Positions 63,916 to 64,000 of a stretch of 64,000 bases of DNA are shown piece by piece; position 1 is the first letter of the stretch, and the number at the start of each line of letters is the position of its first letter. The position numbers and the translations under genes were made by a program. Location: NCBI GenBank assembly GCA_002269645.1, contig NIVC01000096.1:248001-312000 (forward strand). The letters run 5' to 3'. The stretch comes from Macrostomum lignano (Eukaryota). The notes under the pieces are model-generated. The model was not told the origin of the DNA and ran no database searches. It worked only from the letters and a program-made list of their open reading frames with translations.

Positions 63916-64000
63916 TTTCCAAACTCCAGCTCACTCGCCCACTACCCCGCTCTCCAGGGTCCGGTGTTCTCTCTCTGCTTGTACCGCGGCTGGCTTCTAA

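Overview
This is eukaryotic (metazoan) genomic DNA: GC-rich, low-complexity spliced genes whose introns are packed with micro- and minisatellites and nested transposons. The style resembles Macrostomum-type flatworm genomes, but the taxon is an inference only. Four genes can be built by hand from splice sites and phases. (1) An ARHGAP39/Vilse orthologue (WW-WW-MyTH4-RhoGAP) on the minus strand, 1825-27371, with a candidate 5-nt start exon at 33638-33642. (2) A UBTD1/2 orthologue on the plus strand, 35762-45954. (3) An intronless four-TM orphan gene nested antisense in UBTD intron 1 (42246-43085). (4) An EF-hand + EMAP/EML (HELP-WD40) gene on the plus strand, from 51311 to beyond the window end, with two apparent 1-bp frameshifts. 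The most striking non-genic structure is a 6.1-kb self-nested, inverted duplication of a TIR transposon (18256-24353) inside the 19-kb ARHGAP39 intron. Its two 2724-bp arms were identical wherever checked, making it a candidate hairpin-RNA or 'transposon killer' locus. Also notable are kb-scale CpG deserts with directional C>T/G>A decay of repeat copies, and a triple-nested transposon stack that may contain the ARHGAP39 start codon. All coordinates were read by eye; repeat edges are approximate.
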